A stretch of 64,000 nucleotides of DNA from Gemmatimonadaceae bacterium (GTDB lineage Bacteria; Gemmatimonadota; Gemmatimonadetes; Gemmatimonadales; Gemmatimonadaceae), in the NCBI GenBank assembly GCA_051859245.1, contig JBHYGA010000001.1, positions 928,001 through 992,000 of the forward strand, given 5' to 3'. The position numbers were made by a program, and so were the translations under genes. Below, piece after piece: positions 1 to 10,075 of this stretch. A model generated the notes under the pieces. It saw only the letters and a list, made by a program, of their open reading frames with translations. It made no database searches and was not told the DNA's origin. The first letter of the stretch is position 1, and the number at the start of each line of letters is the position of its first letter.

Positions 1-1221
1 CGCGTGAGCGGCGAGATGTTCACCCGGATCGTGCATGGCGCCCTGGAGTCTGTCGGCTGCCATGTCATCGACATCGGCATGGTGCCCACCCCCACGGTGC
101 AGATGGAAGTGGAGCATCACCACGCCGCCGGCGGACTCGCGATTACGGCGAGCCACAACCCGATCGAGTGGAACGCGCTCAAGTTCATTGGGTCGTCTGG
201 TCTGTTCCTGTCGGCTGCGGAGGGCGCCGAGATGCGCGCGCTGCTGGAGACGGGCATTCCGCGGGCGACGTGGGATAAGCTTGGTCGCGTTGAGTTCGAT
301 ACGCAGGCCATTGCTCGCCATCTCGACGCCGTGCTCGCGCTGCCGTTTCTGGATGTGAGCGCCATTCGCGCCAAACAGTTTCACGTGGCACTCGATTGTT
401 GTCACGGCGCGGGTAGTCGCATCATGCCGCAGTTGCTCGAGCGGCTCGGTTGCACCGTGTCCGCGATTGGTATGGACGCCGACGGAAAGTTTCCGCGTCC
501 TCCAGAGCCAGTGGCCGAGAATCTTGGTGAGCTCAGTGCGCTCGTGCGCGAGTCCGGTGCGGTGATTGGTCTGGCCACCGATCCTGATGTTGATCGTCTC
601 GCGCTGGTCGATGAAACGGGCCGGCCGATTGGCGAAGACTACACATTGGCGTTCGCGGTGCGCGCGGTGCTGCCGTCGCGACCGGGCAGTGTGGTCACGA
701 ATCTCAGCACGAGCAAAGTGGTGCAGGACGCCGCGCAGGATGGCGGTGCGCGCTTTCAGTTTGCACCCGTTGGCGAAGTGAACGTTGCACTCGCCATGCG
801 CGACGCGGGTTCAACTATCGGTGGTGAAGGCAACGGTGGTGTGATTCTGCCGGAGCTGCATCTCGGTCGTGATGCGCCGGTGGCCGTTGCGCTGGTATTG
901 CATCTGCTCGCGACGTCAAGCGAGAAGGTGTCCGCGCTCGTAGCGGCGCATCCGCGTTACGTCATTGTGAAAGACAAGCTTGATCGTCCCGACGCGCCAC
1001 TCACCGCGGTGTATGCGGCGCTGCGTGAACGTTTTCCGGATGCCGTGGCAGATACACAAGACGGACTGCGCCTTGATTGGCCCGACCGGTGGGTGCATCT
1101 GCGCCCATCCGGCACGGAGCCGATCGTGCGCGTTATTGCGGAAGGTCCAACGGAAGCCGCGGCGCGACAGCTGGTTGCTGACGCGCGCGAACCGTTGTCG
1201 GCGCTCGTTGGCGCGTCGTAA
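1..1221 (+). CDS. glmM: Phosphoglucosamine mutase / phosphohexomutase, 5'-truncated by the window edge
   Basis: Catalytic TASHNP motif, metal loop DPDVDR, GEGNGG and RPSGTEP; directly upstream of glmS. Confidence 0.85.
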   Translation, partial: RVSGEMFTRIVHGALESVGCHVIDIGMVPTPTVQMEVEHHHAAGGLAITASHNPIEWNALKFIGSSGLFLSAAEGAEMRALLETGIPRATWDKLGRVEFDTQAIARHLDAVLALPFLDVSAIRAKQFHVALDCCHGAGSRIMPQLLERLGCTVSAIGMDADGKFPRPPEPVAENLGELSALVRESGAVIGLATDPDVDRLALVDETGRPIGEDYTLAFAVRAVLPSRPGSVVTNLSTSKVVQDAAQDGGARFQFAPVGEVNVALAMRDAGSTIGGEGNGGVILPELHLGRDAPVAVALVLHLLATSSEKVSALVAAHPRYVIVKDKLDRPDAPLTAVYAALRERFPDAVADTQDGLRLDWPDRWVHLRPSGTEPIVRVIAEGPTEAAARQLVADAREPLSALVGAS

Positions 1222-1254
1222 CTGTCCTGTTCTCACTCGTAACCCAGCACCACT

Positions 1255-3081
1255 ATGTGCGGCATCGTCGGATACGTCGGACCGAAAATCGCAACACCAA
1301 TCCTGATCGACGGACTCAAGCGCCTCGAATATCGCGGCTATGATTCCGCCGGTGTTGCCGTGATGAACGGCAAGGGCGTGGAGACGCGCAAAGCGGCTGG
1401 CAAGATTGCACGCCTTGAACAGGCGATTTTTGACGATCCGCCAAACGGCACGATGGGCATTGGCCACACGCGTTGGGCCACGCATGGACCGCCAACCACC
1501 ACGAACGCCCATCCGCACGCCAGTCACAACGGCACAATTGCCGTGGTGCACAACGGCATCATTGAAAACGCCACCACGCTCAAACGCTCGCTCGAAGCGC
1601 GCGGGTACGTGTTCAAGTCGGATACCGATACCGAAGTGCTCGCGCATCTCATTGAAGCGGCGTACGCCGGTAATCTTGAAGCCGCCGTCATCGAAGCGCT
1701 TCATCAGGTCGACGGTACCTACGGCATGGCCGTGATCTGCAGCATGGAGCCGGACAAAATCGTAGCCGCGCGCAAGGGCAGTCCGTTGCTGGTCGGGCTC
1801 GGCGACGGCGAATACTATTTGGCGTCCGACGCCAGCGCCGTGCTTTCGCACACCCGCCAGGTGGTCTATCTCGACGACGACGAAGTGGCCGTGCTCACGC
1901 GCGACGGTTACAAGATTCTCGATCTTGACGCATCACTGCAGGACAAGCCGGTGAGCCGCATTGACTGGGACCTCGCACAGATTGAGCGCGGCGGATACCA
2001 GCACTTCATGCTCAAGGAAATTTTTGAGCAGCCCACTACGATCACCGATACCATGCGTGGTCGTTTGCTCGTGGACGAAGGGTTCTCCAAGCTTGGCGGC
2101 ATCAACATTCTTGAAGAGGACCTCAAGGCTGTTGACAACGTGGTGATCACCGCGTGTGGTACGAGCTGGCACTCGGCGCTCATTGGCAAGCTCATGATCG
2201 AAGAGCTATGCCGTATCCCCGTAGCCGTCGAGTACGCGTCCGAGTTCCGTTATCGCAATCCGATTGTGCGGCCGAACTCGTTGTGCATTGTGATTTCGCA
2301 GTCTGGCGAAACCGCAGATACGCTTGCCGCGATGCGCGAAGCCAAGCGCCGTGGTGCGCGCACGATGGGCTTGGTCAACGTGGTGGGTTCTACGATTGCG
2401 CGTGAATCAGATGGCGGTATCTATCTGCACGCCGGTCCGGAAATTGGTGTGGCGAGCACCAAGGCGTTCACTAGTCAGGTGGTGGCGTTGGTGCTGTTCA
2501 CACTGAAGATGGCGCGCCTTCGCGACATGTCGGTGGAGAAGGGGCGTGAAATCGCGCAGGCACTGGCCGCGCTGCCGGCGCAGGTGCAGTCGATCCTCGA
2601 TCGCGCGCAGGAAATCGAAAACATCGCCGAAGAGTTCAAGCGCGCGTCGAACTTTTTGTACCTCGGTCGCGGCTACAACTTCCCGGCCGCGCTCGAAGGC
2701 GCGCTCAAGCTCAAAGAAATCAGCTACATCCACGCGGAAGGCTATCCTGCCGCCGAGATGAAGCATGGTCCGATTGCACTCATCGACGAAATGATGCCGG
2801 TGGTGTTCATTGCGCCGCACGATGCGGTGTTCGACAAGATCACGTCGAACATTCAGGAAGTGAAAGCGCGCAAGGGCAAGATCATTGCGATCACCACGCG
2901 TGAAGAAGAAGCGCTTGAGGGACTCATCGACTACGAGTTCCGCGTGCCGGAAACGATCGATCTGCTCACGCCCGTGCTGGCGTCAGTGCCGCTGCAGTTG
3001 CTGGCGTATTACATCGCGGTGAAGCGTGGGTGTAACGTAGACCAGCCGCGGAATCTGGCGAAGTCGGTGACGGTGGAGTGA
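1255..3081 (+). CDS. glmS: Glutamine--fructose-6-phosphate aminotransferase
   Basis: N-terminal MCGIVG, LEYRGYDSAG, GHTRWATHG, and C-terminal PRNLAKSVTVE. Confidence 0.98.
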   Translation: MCGIVGYVGPKIATPILIDGLKRLEYRGYDSAGVAVMNGKGVETRKAAGKIARLEQAIFDDPPNGTMGIGHTRWATHGPPTTTNAHPHASHNGTIAVVHNGIIENATTLKRSLEARGYVFKSDTDTEVLAHLIEAAYAGNLEAAVIEALHQVDGTYGMAVICSMEPDKIVAARKGSPLLVGLGDGEYYLASDASAVLSHTRQVVYLDDDEVAVLTRDGYKILDLDASLQDKPVSRIDWDLAQIERGGYQHFMLKEIFEQPTTITDTMRGRLLVDEGFSKLGGINILEEDLKAVDNVVITACGTSWHSALIGKLMIEELCRIPVAVEYASEFRYRNPIVRPNSLCIVISQSGETADTLAAMREAKRRGARTMGLVNVVGSTIARESDGGIYLHAGPEIGVASTKAFTSQVVALVLFTLKMARLRDMSVEKGREIAQALAALPAQVQSILDRAQEIENIAEEFKRASNFLYLGRGYNFPAALEGALKLKEISYIHAEGYPAAEMKHGPIALIDEMMPVVFIAPHDAVFDKITSNIQEVKARKGKIIAITTREEEALEGLIDYEFRVPETIDLLTPVLASVPLQLLAYYIAVKRGCNVDQPRNLAKSVTVE

Positions 3082-3149
3082 GCCAGCAGAGATGAAACGC
3101 AGCCCCGGCTTGTGCGTATTCTTGGGGTGCGCTCAAACACCCTAAATCG

Positions 3150-4811
3150 TTGATCGCCGCGTCGCTGATTGCCGGAGTGCTCCTCTTGGGCAGTGCCGGC
3201 GGCTTCTGGCACAACGCGCGTCGTCGGCGCTCGCGCCTCTCCTCCGTTCGCGCTGACTGGGGCCGAGTCCGTCAGGTCGAAGCGCTCGATGACCACACGA
3301 TTAATGAGGCGTGGGTTGCGCTCGGTGACTCGGCCTCGGCAGACACGCTCGACGAGCGCACCTGGTCAGACCTGGATCTCGATCGGGTGATGGCCGCCAT
3401 CGATCACACGCGAACCGGTTTCGGTCGACAGCTGCTGTACCGACAGTTGCGGAGTGCACGTCCGTGGTCTGCGTCATCAACGCTTGAGAGTATCGCTTTC
3501 CGAAGTGCCAGCGACCAGCGCTTTCGCGAGGCACTGGCGATGCCGCTGGCGATGGCGGGACGATCGTTAGGCCGCGGGTTCTGGCGCATCACGCGAGTGG
3601 ACGCAATCTCAGTGCGATGGTGGTACGCCGTGTTTCCAGTGCTTGCAACGCTCATGCTTTGTGCACTGATCGCGGTTGCCTTCGATCCGCGAGCGTTGCT
3701 CGCTGTGGCTGTTCTGGCGGTCGTCAATATGGGGGCGCGTGTGGCCGCCTCATGGCAGGTCCCCGGATTACTGGTACCGATGCAGCAGTTGGGTACCACA
3801 ATCTCTGTAGCCGAACGACTCGTTGCGGTAGGTGGACTGGCCCCAGATGCCGTGCAACCGATAGAGCACTACGTGAAGCAGCTTGCGCCGCTGCGACGAA
3901 TCGCGTGGTGGGTGAGCCGAGACGCCGCGAGTGCCGGCGAGCTCGCGGCTGGTGCGTGGGAATATCTGAATCTTCTGTTTCTGCTCGACGCGAATGCACT
4001 GCTGTTCACCGCGCGACATCTGCGGCGACTGTCGAATCAACTTCGCGAGGTCGCGATTTGGATTGGCGAGGTGGACGTCGCGCTGAGTGTGGCGTCGCTT
4101 CGGGCCGAGCCGCGACCGTGGTGTGTACCGCAGTGGACGAGCGACCCAGGCGCGCGCGTGCAAGGCGCGTGGCACCCGCTGGTCGAGAATCCGGTAGCCA
4201 ACGATGCGGAGTTACGCATGGGTACCGGGCTGGTGATCACCGGCGCCAACATGTCGGGCAAAAGCACATATCTCCGATCGCTCGGAATAGCCGCCGTGCT
4301 CGCTCGCACTCTGGAAACGTGCCCCGCCGAATCATGGATTGGTTCGACATTCGTTGTGCGCAGCTTGATCGGGCGCAACGATGATCTCGCCGCCGGAAAG
4401 AGTTACTACCAGGTTGAAGCGGAGGGAGTGGTGGAGTTGCTCCGGCACTCGCGCGCGGCGGTGCCAACGCTCTTCCTGCTTGACGAACTGCTGCGAGGCA
4501 CCAATACCGTTGAGCGCCTTGCTGCGGGCGAAGCGGTGCTGCGTGGACTGCTCACCAACGAGCAAGGCATCAGCAACCACGTTGTTGCAGTGGCGTCACA
4601 CGATGGTGAGCTGGTACGCATGCTCCGCGATCTGTTCCGTCCGATTCATTTTCGAGAGACCGTGGCAGACGGGATGCTACAGTTTGATTTCAAGCGACAT
4701 GACGGGCCAGCAACCACGCGTACCGCGATTGCATTGCTGCAGGCAGCCGGTGCGAGTGATGAGGTGGTGCAAATGGCGCGACGTCGAGCAACAGAACTGG
4801 ACGGGAACTGA
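3150..4811 (+). CDS. MutS-related ATPase (MutS domain V only, with transmembrane segments)
   Basis: HPLV..VAND, Walker A ITGANMSGKST, DDLAAGKSYY, Walker B LLDELLRGTN and ASHD motifs; hydrophobic N-terminal and central helices; no mismatch-binding domain; start uncertain (TTG). Confidence 0.85.
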   Translation: MIAASLIAGVLLLGSAGGFWHNARRRRSRLSSVRADWGRVRQVEALDDHTINEAWVALGDSASADTLDERTWSDLDLDRVMAAIDHTRTGFGRQLLYRQLRSARPWSASSTLESIAFRSASDQRFREALAMPLAMAGRSLGRGFWRITRVDAISVRWWYAVFPVLATLMLCALIAVAFDPRALLAVAVLAVVNMGARVAASWQVPGLLVPMQQLGTTISVAERLVAVGGLAPDAVQPIEHYVKQLAPLRRIAWWVSRDAASAGELAAGAWEYLNLLFLLDANALLFTARHLRRLSNQLREVAIWIGEVDVALSVASLRAEPRPWCVPQWTSDPGARVQGAWHPLVENPVANDAELRMGTGLVITGANMSGKSTYLRSLGIAAVLARTLETCPAESWIGSTFVVRSLIGRNDDLAAGKSYYQVEAEGVVELLRHSRAAVPTLFLLDELLRGTNTVERLAAGEAVLRGLLTNEQGISNHVVAVASHDGELVRMLRDLFRPIHFRETVADGMLQFDFKRHDGPATTRTAIALLQAAGASDEVVQMARRRATELDGN

Positions 4812-4945
4812 CTTCGGTCTCGGGTCGCACGTTGCGCGTACGTTCGTGGTTGCGGGCGTGTGCAGCGCACTGCCGGTTTGACTTTTGCTCGCCTCAGCAA
4901 CTCAATCGATGTAAATTGAGTGGATGCTGATCATCACTGCCTGAC

Positions 4946-5419
4946 ATGCGCGTGCTCCTGCAACGCGTCTCCCGCGCTGAAGTTCGGGTGCGCCCGGAAC
5001 AAGGCGCGCCGCCCTACGTGAGTGGCCGGATCGGCCGTGGCTTCGTACTACTGGTCGGCATCACGCATACCGACACCCAGGCCGAGGTGCGCTGGATGGC
5101 CGAGAAGGTGGCGGGGCTCCGACTCTTCGCAGACGCTGAAGACAAGCTCAATCTCTCGCTGGCCGATGTGCAGGGCGCAGCACTCGTCGTGTCGCAGTTC
5201 ACGCTCTACGGTGATGCCCGCAAAGGGCGCCGTCCGAGCTTTGTGGACGCGGCGCGGCCGGAACTCGCGGTTCCGCTCTACGAACGTTTTGTCGCGCTGC
5301 TGCGTGAACAATCGATCCCCGTGGCCACCGGCGAGTTCGGCGCCATGATGGATGTGGACCTGGTGAACGACGGCCCCGTGACGCTCTGGCTTGAGCGCGA
5401 AGCCACGTCGGCACCCTGA
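4946..5419 (+). CDS. dtd: D-aminoacyl-tRNA deacylase
   Basis: [23 protein letters not shown] and NDGPVT motifs. Confidence 0.97.
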   Translation: MRVLLQRVSRAEVRVRPEQGAPPYVSGRIGRGFVLLVGITHTDTQAEVRWMAEKVAGLRLFADAEDKLNLSLADVQGAALVVSQFTLYGDARKGRRPSFVDAARPELAVPLYERFVALLREQSIPVATGEFGAMMDVDLVNDGPVTLWLEREATSAP

Positions 5420-5448
5420 CAAGCACACTCTCCCTGAACCCTCGTTCA

Positions 5449-8007
5449 ATGATGTCTCTGAATCGACCGCGCTCGTACGCGCTGTTGGTGGCCGCTGCGA
5501 TGATGGCAGCTGCAGCCACTCCATGGGCAATCGCGTACGCGCAGAGCCCGTCGCGCGGCACGCCTGCGCCTCAGCGCAGCAGCGCCGTTCGAGCGACCGC
5601 AGATCGCTGGCAAGACGCCGAGCTCGCCTGGCAAGCCGGTGACTACGTGCGATCGCTGGGCGAGCTGGCAGCTGTGCTGCGCGCGCAAGACGCCGCGGAT
5701 TTTCGCGAGCGTGTTGCGCTGCTGACGGGAGAGAACTGGGAGACAACCCTGGTGGCGGAAAACGCACGCGCACCGCGTTGGTCACCCGATGGCAAGCGCG
5801 CGGTGTTTGAAACGGGCACGGGGGCGGCGCGTGTGTCGCGTGTGGTCGAGGTGAAAGAAGGATTTCCTGTCGTCGCAGAAGTTGCGGCGGGTGGTGTGGT
5901 GTTCTCACCCAATGGTTTGAACATTGCGTACATCAGGGGACAAGGTGCCGAGGCGCGCGTGGTGATCCGCGAGATCGGAAAGACGAATGAGGCGGTTACC
6001 TTGCTTGGGCTGGTCCCCGCCCAAGTCGTATTCCTGAGAGATCAGTCGTTGCTTGTTGTCGCCGCACCGTCGGACAGCGTGCGCACTTCGCTGTATCGCG
6101 TTGATGGCAGCGCTGCGCCAGTCCGAGTGAGCAGAACAGACGCAGTGGTGGCCGATGTACGCCTGAGCCGAGACGGACGCACCGCGATGTACACGGTTGG
6201 TGGCCGCAGCCCCCTGCAGATCGCGACTGGGCGTGGGTTCGCAGCCGTGCCGGCGGAGCGTACGTTTGCGCTGCTGAACCTGGACACCGGCGAAGAGCGA
6301 GTGATCGCTGGTGAATCGCCCGTGATGTCTGCAGACGGAACCACCGTTGCGTACATCACTCGCAACGACTCGCTGCTGCACATTGAGATGCTCGGCACGG
6401 CAAACGGATCCACACCGAGCAAAGTGTATACCACCAACACACCAATCTCGGGACTTGCGATAGCACCAGACGGCTCGCGCGCCACGTTTCAGCAAATGCT
6501 GCGCGAAGACTGGGAGTTGTTTACTGTCGCGCGCGGCGGCGGCGAGCCAGAGCGCGTGACGCGCGAAATCCAGCACGACCTGATGCCGCAGTGGCTCACC
6601 AATGAAAAGCTGCTGGCCGTGATGGGCGAAGCGCGTCATCGCCGCTCATACCTGTACACCGGCGGACGGCGCATTCGACTGTTCCACAACAACACCGTGC
6701 GCACCATTGCGCCGGAGTACGAGTGGGCGCCAAGCCCTGATGGCAGCAAGCTGCTGATTGTGGCCGAACGCGACGGTGATACGGTGACACCGCATCGCTT
6801 TCTCTGGTGCATGGATCTCACGCGCGAAGTCTCGCTTGCTTCGCTGCGTGAACGCGTAGACGGGAATCTCGCCGCGGAGCGCGCACTGCGTGTGGCGGGC
6901 GAAAAGGCCTTCGCACCGATCTCGCGCGATGTGGCGCAGGCAGTTGCCGACGTAGGCACCGACCGCGTGTACAAGTACGCGTTTGACCTCTTTGCGTTTG
7001 ACTCCAAGCACGTGTCGCAGCCGGGCAACGCGAAAGCGCGCACGTATCTTGCCAACACGTATCGCAGCTTTGGCCTCGACAGCGTGTATGAGCAGCCCTT
7101 CGAAGCGCGTGGTGCGGTGAATCAGCCCACTACGCCGACGGCGAATATTCTGGCTGTGCTGCCGGGTACCACGCATCCCGAGCTGGTGTACGTGATCTCG
7201 AGCCACTTTGACTCGCGCGCGCAGGGGCCCGGTGCCGATGACAACACCTCAGGTACATCCGTGTTGCTCGAAGCCGCTCGCGTACTCGCGAAACGTCCTC
7301 AAGCCGCCACAATCATCTTTGCGTCACTCACTGGCGAGGAATCGGGATTGCTCGGCTCGCGCGAGTTTGTGCGCGTGGCCAAAGCGAGCAACATGCAGCT
7401 GGCCGGCGTGCTGAACAACGATATGGTAGGCTGGGCTAACGATCAGCGTCTCGACAATACGATCCGCTACTCCAACCTCGGCATTCGCGATTTGCAGCAC
7501 GCAGCGGCGATTCAGTTTTCGAAACTGATCACGTATGACGCGTTCTACTACAAGAGCACTGACGCGCAGGCCTTCTACGACGGCTATGGCGATGTGGTGG
7601 GCGGCATCGGGTCATATCCGGTGTTGGGCAATCCGCACTACCATCAGCCGCACGACGTGCTGGAAACGATCAACCATCAGCTCGTGGCTGAAGTCACGAA
7701 GACAACGGTGGCCTCGATCATGTATCTCGCGTCGGCGCCGTCGCGACTCGCGGACGTGAAAGTCACGACAACGGGTGCACAGAGCGCGGAAGTTCTGTGG
7801 CGCGCGAGCCCCGAGCGTGACGTCGCGAGGTACGTGGTGACGTGGGGAACGGCAGCCGAGCCAGCCAAGTATCGCAAAGAAGTCACGGCGCCACGTGCAG
7901 TGCTGGACAACGCACCCGCGGGCACCGTGGTCGCCGTGAAGGCGATCAACAAGCGCGGACTCGAGGGTTGGGACTGGGCGCGCGGTGTGGTGGGAACCGC
8001 GCGTTAA
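5449..8007 (+). CDS. Secreted M28-family metallopeptidase with a TolB-like (PD40) propeller and a C-terminal FN3-like domain
   Basis: Signal peptide; repeated WSPDG/SPDG; M28 motifs SHFDS, GADDNTSG, GEESGLLGS, NNDM and YHQPHD. Confidence 0.88.
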   Translation: MMSLNRPRSYALLVAAAMMAAAATPWAIAYAQSPSRGTPAPQRSSAVRATADRWQDAELAWQAGDYVRSLGELAAVLRAQDAADFRERVALLTGENWETTLVAENARAPRWSPDGKRAVFETGTGAARVSRVVEVKEGFPVVAEVAAGGVVFSPNGLNIAYIRGQGAEARVVIREIGKTNEAVTLLGLVPAQVVFLRDQSLLVVAAPSDSVRTSLYRVDGSAAPVRVSRTDAVVADVRLSRDGRTAMYTVGGRSPLQIATGRGFAAVPAERTFALLNLDTGEERVIAGESPVMSADGTTVAYITRNDSLLHIEMLGTANGSTPSKVYTTNTPISGLAIAPDGSRATFQQMLREDWELFTVARGGGEPERVTREIQHDLMPQWLTNEKLLAVMGEARHRRSYLYTGGRRIRLFHNNTVRTIAPEYEWAPSPDGSKLLIVAERDGDTVTPHRFLWCMDLTREVSLASLRERVDGNLAAERALRVAGEKAFAPISRDVAQAVADVGTDRVYKYAFDLFAFDSKHVSQPGNAKARTYLANTYRSFGLDSVYEQPFEARGAVNQPTTPTANILAVLPGTTHPELVYVISSHFDSRAQGPGADDNTSGTSVLLEAARVLAKRPQAATIIFASLTGEESGLLGSREFVRVAKASNMQLAGVLNNDMVGWANDQRLDNTIRYSNLGIRDLQHAAAIQFSKLITYDAFYYKSTDAQAFYDGYGDVVGGIGSYPVLGNPHYHQPHDVLETINHQLVAEVTKTTVASIMYLASAPSRLADVKVTTTGAQSAEVLWRASPERDVARYVVTWGTAAEPAKYRKEVTAPRAVLDNAPAGTVVAVKAINKRGLEGWDWARGVVGTAR

Positions 8008-8092
8008 TCAGGCAGCTGGAACGGTCGTCGCTCGCATCGTTTTGTCCGGTTGTTTTTTCGGATCACTGCGCGCCTCGAGCGACGGCCCACTC

Positions 8093-9271
8093 CTATCGCG
8101 AACTCGCGAGCGCCTGTTCAATGTCCGCGATCACATCACCCACGTGCTCAAGCCCAACGCTCACGCGCACGAGCCCGGGCACAATGCCCACGCGCTGACG
8201 CTCGTCTTCGGTCAGCTTGGAATGCGTGGTGCTGGTTGGATGCGTGACAATCGTGCGCGTATCGCCAAGGTTCGGCGAGTGTGAGCAGAGTGTTAGCGCA
8301 TCAAGGAACCGGCGGCATCGTTCAATGCCGCCGCGCAGCACCAGCACCACAATGCCACCACCGGCGCGCATCTGTTGCTGCGCCAGCGCGTACTGTGGGT
8401 GCGATGGCAGGAACGGATAGCGCACGCCTTCCACGTCGGCGTGCCCCTCAAAGTGGCTGGCGAGAGACAGCGCGTTCGCACAGTGCCGGTCCATGCGCAC
8501 GGCGAGCGTTTCAAGACTCTTGGACAACATCCACGCGTTGAACGGCGACAACGCGGGACCGGTGTGCCGCGCAAAGAAACGCGCGTCGGCGATCATGGCC
8601 TTGTCGCCAATAATCGCACCACCAAGCGTGCGCCCCTGACCATCAATGAACTTGGTGGCCGAGTGTACGACGAGTGACGCGCCGTATTCGAGCGGCCGCT
8701 GCAGATACGGTGTGGCAAAACAGTTGTCAACGATGAGTGGAATGCCGCGTTCTCGCGCTAATGCACCGAGCCATGCCAGATCCACGAGCTCAAGACCCGG
8801 GTTCGATGGCGTCTCCACGAACAACAGCTTCGTATTCGGCGTGATCTGCGACGTCCACGTATCGGGATTGCTTGCGTCGGCATAACTGAACGACACACCC
8901 CACTTAGGCAGAATGCGCGTGAGAATCTGGTGCGTTGATCCAAACAGCGCCCGCGACGCGAGCACATGATCACCGCTCGACAAGCGCGACGCCAGCGACG
9001 TAAACACCGCCGCCATGCCCGAGGCCGTGGCGATACCGTCTTCGCCGCCTTCGAGTGCGCACAGCTTATGCACGAACTCATCCGTGTTCGGATTGGCGTA
9101 ACGGCTGTACACATTGCCGTCGATCTCGTCGCTGAAGAGCGCCCGGGCCTGTTCGGCACTGTCAAACACAAAGCTGGACGTCATGAACAGCGGCACCGAG
9201 TGCTCGCGCTCGGCCGAGCGAGGGACCTGCGTGCGAATGGCGGCGGTCTCGAAGTGGCGCGGCTCGGTCAT
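8093..9271 (-). CDS. metZ: O-succinylhomoserine sulfhydrylase-like trans-sulfuration PLP enzyme
   Basis: YSRYANP, ASGMAAV, ETPSNP, PLP lysine in HSATKFIDGQGR, NLGD..HP and RVSVGLE. Confidence 0.85.
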   Translation of the reverse strand: MTEPRHFETAAIRTQVPRSAEREHSVPLFMTSSFVFDSAEQARALFSDEIDGNVYSRYANPNTDEFVHKLCALEGGEDGIATASGMAAVFTSLASRLSSGDHVLASRALFGSTHQILTRILPKWGVSFSYADASNPDTWTSQITPNTKLLFVETPSNPGLELVDLAWLGALARERGIPLIVDNCFATPYLQRPLEYGASLVVHSATKFIDGQGRTLGGAIIGDKAMIADARFFARHTGPALSPFNAWMLSKSLETLAVRMDRHCANALSLASHFEGHADVEGVRYPFLPSHPQYALAQQQMRAGGGIVVLVLRGGIERCRRFLDALTLCSHSPNLGDTRTIVTHPTSTTHSKLTEDERQRVGIVPGLVRVSVGLEHVGDVIADIEQALASSR

Positions 9272-9336
9272 GCGGGGCTCCGGCGCGGTACGCGCCTCAC
9301 TGGTCCGGGATAGTTGCTGCTTAGTATTTTACACGC

Positions 9337-9954
9337 ATGAACACTCCCCGTGTGATTCTTGCGTCCCAGTCCCCGCGACGTCGCGAGTTGCTCTCGCTGA
9401 TCGGCATTGAGCACACCGTCGAGCCGGCGGACATTGACGAAACGCCGTTCGAACGTGAGCTCGCCACCGTGCACAGCGAGCGGCTCGCGCGCGGCAAGGC
9501 GGCGCTTGTATCAGCGCGCAATCCCGGCGCGCTCGTGATCGGTGCGGACACCGTGGTCGTGGTCAACAACACCATCCTCGGTAAGCCGGGCGACGACAAC
9601 GATGCGCGTGATATGCTGCGCCGGCTCTCGGGGCGAACGCACACCGTGTACTCGGCCGTGGCCATCGCACGTGACGGCATGGTGGATTCGGAAATCGAGG
9701 GCGTGTCGGTCACCTTTCGCGATCTGTCTCCGGCGGTCATTGACGCCTACGTGGCCACTGGTGAGCCCGCCGACAAAGCCGGTGCCTACGGCATCCAGGG
9801 TTTTGGCAGCACGTTGGTCGATCGTATTGAAGGCGACTTCTTCGCCGTGATGGGGCTGCCGTTGCGTCGGCTGGTGGCGCTCTGTGAACGGGGCGGATTC
9901 ACCTATCGCTTCGGTCCGCTCCAGTACGCCGCACCTCCGGCAACACGGTTTTAG
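9337..9954 (+). CDS. maf: Maf-family nucleoside triphosphate pyrophosphatase
   Basis: ILASQSPRR, IGADTVV, LGKP, DKAGAYGIQG and VMGLPL. Confidence 0.95.
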   Translation: MNTPRVILASQSPRRRELLSLIGIEHTVEPADIDETPFERELATVHSERLARGKAALVSARNPGALVIGADTVVVVNNTILGKPGDDNDARDMLRRLSGRTHTVYSAVAIARDGMVDSEIEGVSVTFRDLSPAVIDAYVATGEPADKAGAYGIQGFGSTLVDRIEGDFFAVMGLPLRRLVALCERGGFTYRFGPLQYAAPPATRF

Positions 9955-10075
9955 CGCGCATCGCACCGCGCGTTCGGGGTTCGCCACCTCGGGACGCGCG
10001 CTGTTGCTCTGAGAGGCAGGTAACGGCTTTGTTGCGGGGCTCGTTCGAAACGCTGCGCAACAGCAGATTCCGGAC

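Noticed and set aside
916..1851. Long antisense or alternate-frame ORFs here and at 11507-12385, 24487-25458, 28431-29444, 39565-40830 and 56774-57697
   Set aside because: They overlap confidently identified genes and are expected from GC-rich codon bias.
3040..3150. Tn7 insertion at attTn7 downstream of glmS
   Set aside because: No tns genes, repeated TnsB sites or recognisable ends.
9272..9336. SAM riboswitch upstream of metZ
   Set aside because: The 65-bp divergent intergenic region is too short for SAM-I and shows no SAM aptamer motif I could recognise.
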